From the IMG/VR virus record IMGVR_UViG_3300027741_000027, positions 72,022-136,021 of that record: 64,000 nt of DNA; one strand, 5' to 3'. Made by a program: the position numbers and the translations under genes. This document shows positions 8,109 through 16,220 of this stretch, piece by piece. The DNA comes from a virus. The notes under the pieces are model-generated. The model was not told the DNA's origin and did no database searches. It saw nothing but the letters and a program-made list of their open reading frames with translations. Numbering within the stretch: position 1 is the stretch's first letter; each line of letters begins with the position of its first letter.

Positions 8109-8313
8109 TGTTATTCTTTTTTCTTGTCAATAGTTCTAGCCTATGACTCCATAGGTCTATAACCAAAGTATATATGGGCGAAATAACTGCTCGTCTTTCT
8201 GGCAGTAATGCTTCCGCCTTTTGGAGATGAATACCAATAAGATGAAGTGATATATATTGGCGTTCAAATCGAAGGCCGATTATTCTTTTCTTTGTATTTA
8301 TTGTTTTATTCAT
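8101..8313 (-). CDS. Hypothetical basic protein (70 aa)
   Basis: Overlap-coupled to neighbour via repeated ATAACAATGAATAAA junction. Confidence 0.5.
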   Translation of the reverse strand: MNKTINTKKRIIGLRFERQYISLHLIGIHLQKAEALLPERRAVISPIYTLVIDLWSHRLELLTRKKNNNE

Positions 8314-8404
8314 TGTTATTTCTTTCTTATTGTTTTATATGTATTCTGGGGATAATCTGAGGGATGATTATGGGCGATTATCAGTATAGCCAACTGTCGT
8401 GAGT

Positions 8405-8641
8405 CTAGGCATCTAGCTCCTCCCACTTTTCTTTTTCTTTTAGGTCTGTGGTATACATTGCGAAACCGAATAGGCCGAACCTCACACGAATATACTTTTC
8501 ATATGAATTAGTTGTTCGACGGTATACGCCAAATAAATCTTTCAATAAAGCAAGCACCTTTCGGAAAAGACGAGTACGCCCTGCCCAAACAATCTTGATT
8601 TCTTTATTCTTTGTTTTATATATTGTTTTATCTATTTCCAT
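8405..8641 (-). CDS. Hypothetical basic protein (78 aa)
   Basis: MEIDKTIYK...; AAAGGA RBS favours start at 8641. Confidence 0.5.
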   Translation of the reverse strand: MEIDKTIYKTKNKEIKIVWAGRTRLFRKVLALLKDLFGVYRRTTNSYEKYIRVRFGLFGFAMYTTDLKEKEKWEELDA

Positions 8642-8670
8642 TGTGTTTTCCTTTGTTATTCTGAGATAGG

Positions 8671-8853
8671 TTATCGGCGATCTCTTTTGTCTATTGAGGC
8701 CGATATTCTTTTCCATTTAGCTTTATCCATTGACAGATAGCTCCACTTGCCAATCCGATCAGCGTACAGGGCAATCTTCAAATAAATCTTTTCTTTTATG
8801 GTGGCCGATTTGATTCTTGCCTCGCATTTAGCTTCCCATATTACTTTATTCAT
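8671..8853 (-). CDS. Hypothetical protein (60 aa)
   Basis: Coupled ORF in the co-oriented small-gene run. Confidence 0.5.
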   Translation of the reverse strand: MNKVIWEAKCEARIKSATIKEKIYLKIALYADRIGKWSYLSMDKAKWKRISASIDKRDRR

Positions 8854-9028
8854 TGTTATCCTTTTTTGCCCATGAATCTAGGTCGTACTTATCAACATTA
8901 GCAATCATGCGCTCAGTATTTCTTTTCTTATCACCTGCCGCATCCCAAAACTTTTTATCGCTCCAAGTGTAAACTCTAAACGAATAATTGCAAATGAAAT
9001 CGTATGTTCTTTTCTTTATATTAGTCAT
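8846..9028 (-). CDS. Hypothetical protein (60 aa)
   Basis: Coupled ORF with RBS. Confidence 0.5.
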   Translation of the reverse strand: MTNIKKRTYDFICNYSFRVYTWSDKKFWDAAGDKKRNTERMIANVDKYDLDSWAKKDNNE

Positions 9029-9182
9029 TATTCCTGTATATTTCTTTTTTGATTACATCTGTTTGCTTCTCAGGCCGATTTTCTTTATTTTATATAAAGA
9101 TTGCCTGCTCACTTCATTATATCAAAGATGTTCACTTATATCTATTATGTAACAAATGTTACATATAAAATAAAGTGCAAAA

Positions 9183-9206
9183 AAGAGAGGGCTTGCGCCC
9201 CCTCTC
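9183..9206. terminator. Hairpin terminator
   Basis: GAGAGGGC-ttgc-GCCCCCTCTC hairpin (imperfect) with A tract on the + side, giving a T tract on minus. Confidence 0.55.
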
Positions 9207-9270
9207 AAACTCTATCCTGCTGCCCACATCACACTTATAAGTATGATAAATAAGAATAAAGCAATGCCGA

Positions 9271-9468
9271 TCATTCGGCCCTCCACTTACCGTCGCGCCA
9301 GATGTATCCCCAATCACTCATTTCTTCGTGATCTTCGTCAGTGCAACGACAGGTGCCATCGCCACTGTAATGATCTGGCATAAGAATAAAGTAATCACAG
9401 GCCATGACTTCTTTGCGGGCGATTTCTTTATTTACAAACATTGCGTCAAGCAGATTTACTCGTCCCAT
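9271..9468 (-). CDS. Hypothetical protein, His/Cys metal-binding motif (65 aa)
   Basis: C....I.MPDHY..DGTCRC; GGAGG RBS; promoter at 9499-9531. Confidence 0.7.
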   Translation of the reverse strand: MGRVNLLDAMFVNKEIARKEVMACDYFILMPDHYSGDGTCRCTDEDHEEMSDWGYIWRDGKWRAE

Positions 9469-9498
9469 TTGGGAACCTCCTGATTAGTTGATGTAACC

Positions 9499-9531
9499 AT
9501 CGTAGCAAATGCTAGGTAAAGAACGAGTAAA
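9499..9531 (-). promoter_or_regulatory. Early promoter with box (8-nt class)
   Basis: TTTAC-N6-TTTAC-N8-TGC-TACGAT. Confidence 0.75.
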
Positions 9532-9533
9532 AC

Positions 9534-9692
9534 CTACTCCTCAATTTCGATAATATCGGCACACTCGCCATCTTCATTGACTAGGATAGCTTCTCTATGG
9601 CCGTCCATCACAAGGTCATACGCTTGCTCAGTAGAGTCAGCTTCGACCTCCCAATACTTTCTAATTACTTCTGTAACTTCGTATCTAGGCAT
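9534..9692 (-). CDS. Small acidic protein, DpnD/PcfM-like (52 aa, not in ORF track)
   Basis: MPRYEVTEVIRKYWEVEADSTEQAYDLV...; paralogue of 9685..9903; GGAGG RBS. Confidence 0.65.
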   Translation of the reverse strand: MPRYEVTEVIRKYWEVEADSTEQAYDLVMDGHREAILVNEDGECADIIEIEE

Positions 9693-9903
9693 TAGTTACC
9701 TCCTGAATCATCCAATCATAATTTTCAATGTAATTAAAAGCGTTATCAAGGTAATCATCCATTACGCAAGAATACTCTAGCTTACCTTCGACAACATCTC
9801 CACCGCCGTCAATAATACTTTTGATAGCTTCACGCTCATTTTCAGCCTCTACAGTGACCGTCTGATAGTGAAGCTCCGGCACCAATACTTCGTACTTAGG
9901 CAT
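9685..9903 (-). CDS. Small acidic protein, DpnD/PcfM-like (72 aa)
   Basis: MPKYEVLV.E...QTVTVEAENEREAI pattern. Confidence 0.7.
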   Translation of the reverse strand: MPKYEVLVPELHYQTVTVEAENEREAIKSIIDGGGDVVEGKLEYSCVMDDYLDNAFNYIENYDWMIQEVTNA

Positions 9904-9906
9904 TAG

Positions 9907-10125
9907 TTACGCCCGATCCCAGACGGGCCAATCGGCAGATTCGGCAATGTCAAGAACATTGTCAATAATTCCTTTTGCGTCAATTGGATTCCAAGACTCG
10001 TCATACACATCCGGCATATCGGGCAAGAAGATGTTTTCGTACTCCTGCAATACGCGAACCACCTCATTAGTTTCGGTGTCCACGAATACCGTGACGGGAA
10101 CCATATACTGAACCGCTGCTTCCAT
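9907..10125 (-). CDS. Acidic hypothetical protein, paralogue of 13668..13892
   Basis: VQY.VPV.VFV.TET.EV.RVL...LDIAE..DWP.WD.A shared. Confidence 0.8.
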   Translation of the reverse strand: MEAAVQYMVPVTVFVDTETNEVVRVLQEYENIFLPDMPDVYDESWNPIDAKGIIDNVLDIAESADWPVWDRA

Positions 10126-10156
10126 AACTGCCTCCTATTTGGTTGATTGCAATATA

Positions 10157-10188
10157 GGGCGGGGCTGTACGCCACCCCGCCCTTTTCT
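10157..10188. terminator. Hairpin terminator
   Basis: AGGGCGGGG...CCCCGCCCT followed by TTTCTTTT. Confidence 0.5.
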
Positions 10189-10219
10189 TTTAGCCGGGAT
10201 TCTCACCCTGTCTACGATC

Positions 10220-10252
10220 AGTCTAGCAAATCGAATGTAAAGGAAGGGTAAA
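10220..10252 (-). promoter_or_regulatory. Early promoter with box (8-nt class)
   Basis: TTTAC-N6-TTTAC-N8-TGC-TAGACT. Confidence 0.75.
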
Positions 10253-10261
10253 ACTATGAAA

Positions 10262-10480
10262 CTATTTACTTTTGTAATTGACTGCTTCTGCAAACACTCC
10301 ATCGCCGTCCCAAAGACTAATGAGGAAGGCATATTTCCACAGACAAAGCACAAAGCTACGAACTACATAATCACCATCATTACTTTTTTGACGATAGAGT
10401 GTCACTCCTACGTTTCGCATAATTTGATGATTTTCATGCCAACGAACTTGCAATTCTTTATTTTTGATGTTGAATTTCAT
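10262..10480 (-). CDS. Hypothetical protein (72 aa)
   Basis: MKFNIKNK...; ATGA overlap with the upstream gene. Confidence 0.55.
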   Translation of the reverse strand: MKFNIKNKELQVRWHENHQIMRNVGVTLYRQKSNDGDYVVRSFVLCLWKYAFLISLWDGDGVFAEAVNYKSK

Positions 10481-10791
10481 TTGTTTACCGATTTGTGAAG
10501 TGTGGTCAAGACGACCCATTTGTTTTCTTTTTTATCAAAAACAACAGGGCAAACTATATGACCTCTGTTTAATAAAAGATAATGGGAAGTAGAACGCCGA
10601 CCTCTGACCCAGCTTGGTTTCTTTTCTTTTGGCACAATAATAACATTGCGAAGATAGCCGGTACGCTTGATCCCCATATGAGAGATTTCATTTATGATTC
10701 TCTCTTGATCTAAGCTCACGGGCAAGACTCTACCATAGTATCGCTCAATGGCGTGATGTGTAAATATAAGTTGTTCAGGTTTGACTTGCAT
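10477..10791 (-). CDS. DUF4258/RelE-like small nuclease-fold protein
   Basis: IFTHHAIERY..R at N-terminus and ...VVLTTL at C-terminus. Confidence 0.5.
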   Translation of the reverse strand: MQVKPEQLIFTHHAIERYYGRVLPVSLDQERIINEISHMGIKRTGYLRNVIIVPKEKKPSWVRGRRSTSHYLLLNRGHIVCPVVFDKKENKWVVLTTLHKSVNK

Positions 10792-10806
10792 TACTTTTTA
10801 TAAAAC

Positions 10807-11007
10807 CTATCCTATGAATGACACTAGCAGGGCCGTAGATGCCATAGACCAAACTATAGCGATTCCTATGCGGTGCCTAGTGTGCTTACAGAACCCGCGA
10901 GCGTAGTAGCCACCCAATGCGGCTAGACCCTCAAAGCCAAGATGCAAAATATAATCAACTAATAATTTATTTATAGCCCATCTCCTTCTTATCCCAATAT
11001 TCATCAT
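10807..11007 (-). CDS. Small membrane protein
   Basis: Two hydrophobic segments. Confidence 0.5.
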   Translation of the reverse strand: MMNIGIRRRWAINKLLVDYILHLGFEGLAALGGYYARGFCKHTRHRIGIAIVWSMASTALLVSFIG

Positions 11008-11094
11008 GGCTTCTGAAATAGTTATCTATGGCCCAATAATATGTTTTATTAGCGATCCGCGCTATCTTTTGATAAACTTTTCGTTTAATATATA

Positions 11095-11331
11095 TCATAT
11101 AAAATATCCAAGTGCCTTCTGAACCTTGTCGTCCCATCCGTAGTCAATCCTTCGCCCGTAATGCTCTCTAAGCGCATCACGCTTCTCAGGCATATTAACA
11201 TAGACGTTACAAGCCTTTAGAGACTCTGAATGATTGCCAGCCACATATGCCGGGTCGAAGATGACTTCATCATCATCATCAACGACAATCCAGCGATCAG
11301 AAGGGTATTTATTTCCTGTTACAACTCTCAT
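11095..11331 (-). CDS. Hypothetical protein (78 aa)
   Basis: Co-oriented, overlap-coupled ORF. Confidence 0.6.
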   Translation of the reverse strand: MRVVTGNKYPSDRWIVVDDDDEVIFDPAYVAGNHSESLKACNVYVNMPEKRDALREHYGRRIDYGWDDKVQKALGYFI

Positions 11332-11497
11332 CTTTAAACTTTACTAATTCGATATTTATTGTGATGATTGGTAGGCCGATTTCAAGCCCGGTGTATTTGG
11401 TGCCGCGCTTAGTGTCGAACCTGTAGCTCCTGAGCATTAAGCCAAACTGCCAGCCAATTGCAGAGTCAATCCAAACTGTATATTTTCCAATACTCAT
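11309..11497 (-). CDS. Hypothetical protein (62 aa)
   Basis: Co-oriented coupled ORF. Confidence 0.5.
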   Translation of the reverse strand: MSIGKYTVWIDSAIGWQFGLMLRSYRFDTKRGTKYTGLEIGLPIITINIELVKFKDESCNRK

Positions 11498-11634
11498 TTT
11501 TTATTTGGCTTCCATCTACGAAACGGGTTACAAATAATTATGCAAGGGCAGCTATCATATTCTTTGTTATCGCCAAAAGCGGAAAAGGTTGTACCGACGT
11601 ACCAGAACCTATTATCAAATAAAAATTTACGCAT
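11494..11634 (-). CDS. Hypothetical protein (46 aa, not in ORF track)
   Basis: MRKFLFDNRFWYVG...KPNKK; overlaps both neighbours at start and stop. Confidence 0.45.
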   Translation of the reverse strand: MRKFLFDNRFWYVGTTFSAFGDNKEYDSCPCIIICNPFRRWKPNKK

Positions 11635-11852
11635 CACGCCTCCACAACTCTTGAGAGGGAGGCGGCTTCGGCATCACGAAGGATGGCAAGCTGCTCCTGA
11701 GCTACCTCTACAAGCATAGCTGCGTGTTGGATCTCCTTAGAGTCCATCAGGCTCTCAGCACCGGACAGATGAACTGAATCACTGTCGTCCATGTAAGCGA
11801 TGGCCCTAAGACCGAAATCGCCAACTACTTCTACTTTGATTAGGTAATCCAT
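11634..11852 (-). CDS. Hypothetical protein (72 aa)
   Basis: MDYLIKVEVV...; AAAGGAG RBS; extended -10 TGC-TACAGT at 11887-11895. Confidence 0.7.
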   Translation of the reverse strand: MDYLIKVEVVGDFGLRAIAYMDDSDSVHLSGAESLMDSKEIQHAAMLVEVAQEQLAILRDAEAASLSRVVEA

Positions 11853-11963
11853 TGTTAGTTCTCCTTTGATTCGATTGCGTAAGAACACTGTAGCAGGTTC
11901 TCAGGCGTTCATAGATTTGGGTGCATGATCTTTATTAGAAAGCAATACAACGCTGCGATTACT

Positions 11964-12068
11964 TTATTCATCATCTTCGTCATTGTTTCTACTTAGCAAG
12001 ATCAACACAAGCGTCATAATTGTTACATAAAGTATGGTTAAACCTGCTGCCATTGTGACAAAGTGCAT
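11964..12068 (-). CDS. Single-pass membrane microprotein with acidic tail (34 aa)
   Basis: MHFVTMAAGLTILYVTIMTLVLILLSRNNDEDDE; GGAG RBS. Confidence 0.6.
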   Translation of the reverse strand: MHFVTMAAGLTILYVTIMTLVLILLSRNNDEDDE

Positions 12069-12073
12069 TTCGA

Positions 12074-12292
12074 TCACTCCTCTTCATTCTTGCAATGAGC
12101 GCACCACGGACGGTCGCAATCAGCAATTCTTATTGTATTACCATTTGTGCGTAGTGGGCTTACCCACCAATCAACATCAGATTCATTTTCCCATACTTCG
12201 ATAGCATCGTCTGTCGTTGCATAAGGGCCATAGACGGTAATCCCATTCAAGGGATCGCCAACTACTACCACCACTCCATTTGTATCAGTCAT
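12074..12292 (-). CDS. Hypothetical protein with YGPY motif and C-terminal Cys cluster
   Basis: VVVVGDP..GITVYGPY...WWVSPL; CDRPWCAHC. Confidence 0.7.
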   Translation of the reverse strand: MTDTNGVVVVVGDPLNGITVYGPYATTDDAIEVWENESDVDWWVSPLRTNGNTIRIADCDRPWCAHCKNEEE

Positions 12293-12542
12293 TACTTTCT
12301 ACCTTCCATGTAAAGCCAGCCTGATCGAGGTAGGTATCACCACGACGTAGGGCCAGCAGAGCGCTATTAATAATTGCGGCACGATCAACTGCGTAGACCT
12401 CAGGATCATCGTCCTCGTCCACGTTCAGCAACAGCAGAGTCTCTTCTGCTGCATCAGCAACAACTGACAGGAACTCGTCATCGCCATGAAAAACGTATCC
12501 GCCTTCTGCCCCGTCATTGCTATAAAAAACAAGCTCAGTCAT
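12285..12542 (-). CDS. Acidic hypothetical protein (85 aa)
   Basis: Coupled ORF. Confidence 0.7.
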   Translation of the reverse strand: MTELVFYSNDGAEGGYVFHGDDEFLSVVADAAEETLLLLNVDEDDDPEVYAVDRAAIINSALLALRRGDTYLDQAGFTWKVESND

Positions 12543-12777
12543 TTTCTTTTTTATTCTCCAATATTCCTTCTACAGTATCAATCACTGATTGCAATGATTG
12601 TGTTTTATTGATTTTAGCTTTCGCTACGTTGAGCCTAGCAAATCCTTCATAGCTATTCAAGTTCTGAATAGCGAACGTCAGATCCTCTAGGCCGTTCTCT
12701 ACGCTTTTGTGAATGCCGTACAGGACAACCTCCATCTCGTCAATCACATCTTGTATTTCGTGCTTTTCGTAACTCAA
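12535..12777 (-). CDS. Helical hypothetical protein; start uncertain
   Basis: Coupled at 3' end; start codon ambiguous. Confidence 0.55.
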   Translation of the reverse strand: MSYEKHEIQDVIDEMEVVLYGIHKSVENGLEDLTFAIQNLNSYEGFARLNVAKAKINKTQSLQSVIDTVEGILENKKEND

Positions 12778-12947
12778 TTTTTTCCTTTAGCTTCTCTGGT
12801 GTCCAATTTTTATACTCAAAAAGAGCGTTGATGCGCTCTTTTTCTTTTGCTTTATCTGATTTCTTTTTATTAGCCATAAACGGTGACGGCGACTACCCCC
12901 TTTGACAGAAAATAGTCGCCGCATTGTTTAACTATTGCGTCAAATGC

Positions 12948-13637
12948 TTACCATGCAGTGAAGATGTCTTCATAATCCTGCTGCAACGTTGAGAGGCTCA
13001 ACTGCTGCTGCGGCTTATATCCAGCAAGCGCAATCGTATCTTCTCGCGTAACAGCCCTTTCTTCGTCCAACTTAGTCAGATTTACAAAAGTGCCATTATT
13101 GACTCTATCCCTAATCGTAGAAAAAGCACTGCTTCTAGGATTGTCGGTATTAGAATAATCACAATTATCATGCAAGAGGTCAGCAAGATCGCCAGCAATC
13201 ACGGTGTCATTATTAGCAAAATAATTGTTAATAAACTCTTCACGCTTCATTCTTTCTAGCTTGCGAGCAGGCTTACGATTACTAGACTTTTCATCAATGT
13301 ATACCTTTAGATCTTCCTCAAAAACGTGAAGCCTTCCATTAACTTTAATGTTGCGTAAAACTCCACGATTTGCATAACGCTCAATAGTTTTTTTACTTCT
13401 ATTCGCCTTTTCAGCCGCCTTTTCGTAATCACAAACACTGAGCGGTTCGTGTGACCGATTGATAATCGCATCAATCCTGTCAGACAAAGTTTCACTAGCC
13501 GACTGATCTAGCAAACCCCTCTTGGTCAAAATATCATTCATATTTTTTGCAAAATAAGTTTTCTGTTCCTCTGTCAGAACATCAATAACTTTTATCTCAA
13601 TGGTTGTCAAAACATCATCTACATCTGAGTAATTCAT
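12948..13637 (-). CDS. DNA-binding protein with excisionase/MerR-like HTH
   Basis: YEKAAEKANRSKKTIERYANRGVLRNIKVNGRLHVFEEDL matches the Xis/HTH_17 pattern; AAGGAG RBS. Confidence 0.65.
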   Translation of the reverse strand: MNYSDVDDVLTTIEIKVIDVLTEEQKTYFAKNMNDILTKRGLLDQSASETLSDRIDAIINRSHEPLSVCDYEKAAEKANRSKKTIERYANRGVLRNIKVNGRLHVFEEDLKVYIDEKSSNRKPARKLERMKREEFINNYFANNDTVIAGDLADLLHDNCDYSNTDNPRSSAFSTIRDRVNNGTFVNLTKLDEERAVTREDTIALAGYKPQQQLSLSTLQQDYEDIFTAW

Positions 13638-13667
13638 TGTGTCTCCTTATACTTTTATATTAATTGA

Positions 13668-13892
13668 TTATGCTTGATCCCAAGCGGGCCAATCATAAGT
13701 CTCAGCGATATCAAGGGCGGCTGCTTCAACACCATCGTTCGTCACAGGTTGCCAATCTGTAGTGTCCACTACAGTCTCAGCCTTGTTCAGTTCGATGTTT
13801 TGAGTTTCCAGCAGAACCCTGTCTACCTCGCCCGTCTCAGTGTTTACAAATACTGATACAGGAACTGTGTATTGCACTACGACTTCCATCAC
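13668..13892 (-). CDS. Acidic hypothetical protein, paralogue of 9907..10125
   Basis: Near-collinear similarity; promoter at 13920-13952. Confidence 0.8.
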   Translation of the reverse strand: MMEVVVQYTVPVSVFVNTETGEVDRVLLETQNIELNKAETVVDTTDWQPVTNDGVEAAALDIAETYDWPAWDQA

Positions 13893-13919
13893 TTCTCCCT
13901 CTGTTGGTTTGTAATAACT

Positions 13920-13952
13920 ACTCTAGCAAACTGATGGTAAAGAACAGGCAAA
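13920..13952 (-). promoter_or_regulatory. Early promoter with box (8-nt class)
   Basis: TTTGC-N6-TTTAC-N8-TGC-TAGAGT. Confidence 0.75.
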
Positions 13953-13954
13953 AC

Positions 13955-14227
13955 CTATTCAGTGTCCAGAGCGTGAATCTCTGTAAGCCGCTCTGCGATC
14001 TTATCAAGATCCTTTGGTGTCTCTTCGATAGGAAGAAACGGATCGTCATGGTCAATAATTGTTAGAATAAGTTTCTCATCATCTGAGGCTGTATCAACAA
14101 TAAAGTTTGCTGTCTTGCCGATGATCGAAACTTCTCCTGAGTCAGTCACCTTAGCTTCGTATGGTGTCATCATGGAAATATATCCTGCCACCATGTTGTC
14201 CACTACTTCCTGATTAGTCATTGTCAT
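13955..14227 (-). CDS. Hypothetical acidic protein (90 aa)
   Basis: Coupled ORF. Confidence 0.7.
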   Translation of the reverse strand: MTMTNQEVVDNMVAGYISMMTPYEAKVTDSGEVSIIGKTANFIVDTASDDEKLILTIIDHDDPFLPIEETPKDLDKIAERLTEIHALDTE

Positions 14228-14453
14228 ATCTTTCTTCCATTAGGTCAAGCCCGAACCTGAGTAGCAGCTTCGATGCAGCAATGAGTTTAGCAGACTTATC
14301 AAGCTCTGCCTCTGCTAGCTCAGGATCAATCGTTAGCATACTCTTGGCGAATTCATTTCTTTGAACAACACCGCGATTGATTTCTTTTGTCGCGGTGTTG
14401 AGTGCGCCTAGCACATCGTCAAGCCTAGTATCCGTATGCGCAATAATTGTCAC
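14214..14453 (-). CDS. Hypothetical helical protein (79 aa)
   Basis: Coupled ORF. Confidence 0.7.
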   Translation of the reverse strand: MTIIAHTDTRLDDVLGALNTATKEINRGVVQRNEFAKSMLTIDPELAEAELDKSAKLIAASKLLLRFGLDLMEERYDND

Positions 14454-14632
14454 TTGCCATCCCTCACAGGATCGTGCTTAGGTGGCTTGGTACCCATAAA
14501 CGCCGGGTGCATCGTGCGAGCCACAGGGCGCGGCACATCAAGCATATGATTCTGCTTGTAGATCGTTACAGGTTGGCCCGCCATCTGCGCATGATCCAGA
14601 GCGGCCTTCCACTGATTCATAAAATCACTCAT
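14450..14632 (-). CDS. Hypothetical protein (60 aa)
   Basis: AAAGGA RBS; coupled to the next gene. Confidence 0.6.
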   Translation of the reverse strand: MSDFMNQWKAALDHAQMAGQPVTIYKQNHMLDVPRPVARTMHPAFMGTKPPKHDPVRDGK

Positions 14633-14646
14633 TTGTTTTCCTTTGT

Positions 14647-15009
14647 TTAGTACCTGAATAGGTAGTTGTTGCCTTGAAATTCTACATCGGTGTAATCATA
14701 ACGAAGTTCGTCTGCTGCTGCCGACCAATCAATATGAGTGGCAGGCCAAGTTGTTTCGTCATCAATGGCTCCGATATCGTGAGCAAATTCTTTGGCGTAA
14801 TCCTCAAAATAATCTTCATCAATAAAATATACGCTATCCCGATCTGCTTCTTCTAGCGTGATGCCCATATCAGATTCAAGCTCAATAAGCTCATTAAGCT
14901 CTTCTTGCAGATTTTCTTTTTCGAGAGGAAGAAGGGTGTTTTCTTCTACATTATTTTGTAGAAGCTCAGTAAGTTCTACCTTGCGATTAAGTAGTGCATT
15001 AATATCCAT
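14647..15009 (-). CDS. Highly acidic protein resembling the ArdA antirestriction C-terminal domain
   Basis: YFIDEDYFEDYAKEFA.DIG...HIDW.AAADEL..DY..VEF.G..YLFR; about 30% Asp/Glu; AAGGAG RBS. Confidence 0.55.
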   Translation of the reverse strand: MDINALLNRKVELTELLQNNVEENTLLPLEKENLQEELNELIELESDMGITLEEADRDSVYFIDEDYFEDYAKEFAHDIGAIDDETTWPATHIDWSAAADELRYDYTDVEFQGNNYLFRY

Positions 15010-15038
15010 TACGATCTCCTTAGTTGGTTGTTGCAATC

Positions 15039-15071
15039 AGCATAGCAAATCAAGGGTAAAGACTTAGTAAA
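15039..15071 (-). promoter_or_regulatory. Early promoter with box (8-nt class)
   Basis: TTTAC-N6-TTTAC-N8-TGC-TATGCT. Confidence 0.75.
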
Positions 15072-15073
15072 AC

Positions 15074-15289
15074 CTAATCCTTGTCCTCGCTAAAGTCAGG
15101 AAGCGGATCCGCAAAGTGAGTCATGTACATATCCACTGCCTGCTTGACCTGATTGTAAAGACTAGCAGCATGAGGTTCTACAAAAGCATCATACTTTTCA
15201 TTCCACTCAATGCCTTCATCCTGAGCCTGCTGGAAATAACTATCGCTAACATAATCTTCGATAGCTTTGTAAATATTATTGTCAGTCAT
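15074..15289 (-). CDS. Acidic hypothetical protein (71 aa)
   Basis: MTDNNIYK...; overlaps upstream stop. Confidence 0.65.
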   Translation of the reverse strand: MTDNNIYKAIEDYVSDSYFQQAQDEGIEWNEKYDAFVEPHAASLYNQVKQAVDMYMTHFADPLPDFSEDKD

Positions 15290-15530
15290 TCTTGTCCCCC
15301 TCTGATTTAATATTGAATGGAATGGTTGTCTCTGCATCTGTAATAAAACTAATCTCAGCCCATTCGATTGAATCCTCGTTATAGATTCCGACAATTCGGG
15401 CTACGTCATCGTTGTCGTCTGTGTGCTGCTCTACGGCCTCCTGAAAGCTGCTGTAAGGGCCGTACTGCCCTAGCGTATCGGGATTGTCAGAAGCAGGGCC
15501 ATTGAGCAATAGAGCGTATACTTTCATCAT
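15282..15530 (-). CDS. Acidic hypothetical protein with YGPY motif
   Basis: AGGAG RBS; GQYGPYSSF.EA. Confidence 0.7.
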   Translation of the reverse strand: MMKVYALLLNGPASDNPDTLGQYGPYSSFQEAVEQHTDDNDDVARIVGIYNEDSIEWAEISFITDAETTIPFNIKSEGDKND

Positions 15531-15539
15531 TGTCTCCTA

Positions 15540-16136
15540 TCAAGTGTGAACGTCACAGGTAAGGATAGCAAGCCCGAAGTCCTCGCCATCAGTTAGGTCA
15601 AAGGTACGCGCCGTGTAAGGCGAAAACTGATAAGCATTAAAGAACGGCGGAGTAAAATACTTATCATTAAGCTGCTCATAAACCCTAGCAAGGTTAGGAC
15701 GAACCGATAGCCTCCAAGAATCAATGCCATCATCGGTGCCTGCGTAGCTAGCTGCAAGAGCCTCACGAATAGTTTGGGCAGCTTCATCAGTAGATTTAAA
15801 CTTATACTGATAATTATGATCGCCCTCAGTCAGAACGCGAAGATCGTTGCCGATATCCCAATACATACAATTGTATGCAGACTTCATAGCGGCATCGTAG
15901 TCCCAGCTATCACGATCATCAACCCAAGAGTCAAAGCCGCCGCGATAGGTGTCATCACTAATCACTGCCTCGCCATCCTTGACGGCTAGGGCAAGAGGTG
16001 TGTACCAATTGTTATCGTCAAACTTATGCTCAACATAAGAACTAAATGCACCATGTTCAATTGCAAAGATACGTCCGTCCTGAACAATGTCGTCAGTGTC
16101 ATCAATGTTAATAAGAAAATGCTGTAGAGCGTGAAT
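15540..16136 (-). CDS. Hypothetical protein, probably 198 aa with ATT start (ORF track gives 15540..15965)
   Basis: Frame is open 57 codons upstream of GTG 15965; AGGAGG lies 8 nt before ATT at 16136; promoter at 16178-16220. Confidence 0.6.
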   Translation of the reverse strand: MHALQHFLINIDDTDDIVQDGRIFAIEHGAFSSYVEHKFDDNNWYTPLALAVKDGEAVISDDTYRGGFDSWVDDRDSWDYDAAMKSAYNCMYWDIGNDLRVLTEGDHNYQYKFKSTDEAAQTIREALAASYAGTDDGIDSWRLSVRPNLARVYEQLNDKYFTPPFFNAYQFSPYTARTFDLTDGEDFGLAILTCDVHT

Positions 16137-16177
16137 TGTAATCGCCTCCTATGGCGGTCTGTTTAGTCAGTAGATAC

Positions 16178-16220
16178 AACTTAGCAGTTTCGCTTTTGTC
16201 TTGGGTAAAGGTTTGGTTAA
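16178..16220 (-). promoter_or_regulatory. Early promoter with box (18-nt class)
   Basis: TTAAC-N6-TTTAC-N18-TGC-TAAGTT. Confidence 0.7.
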
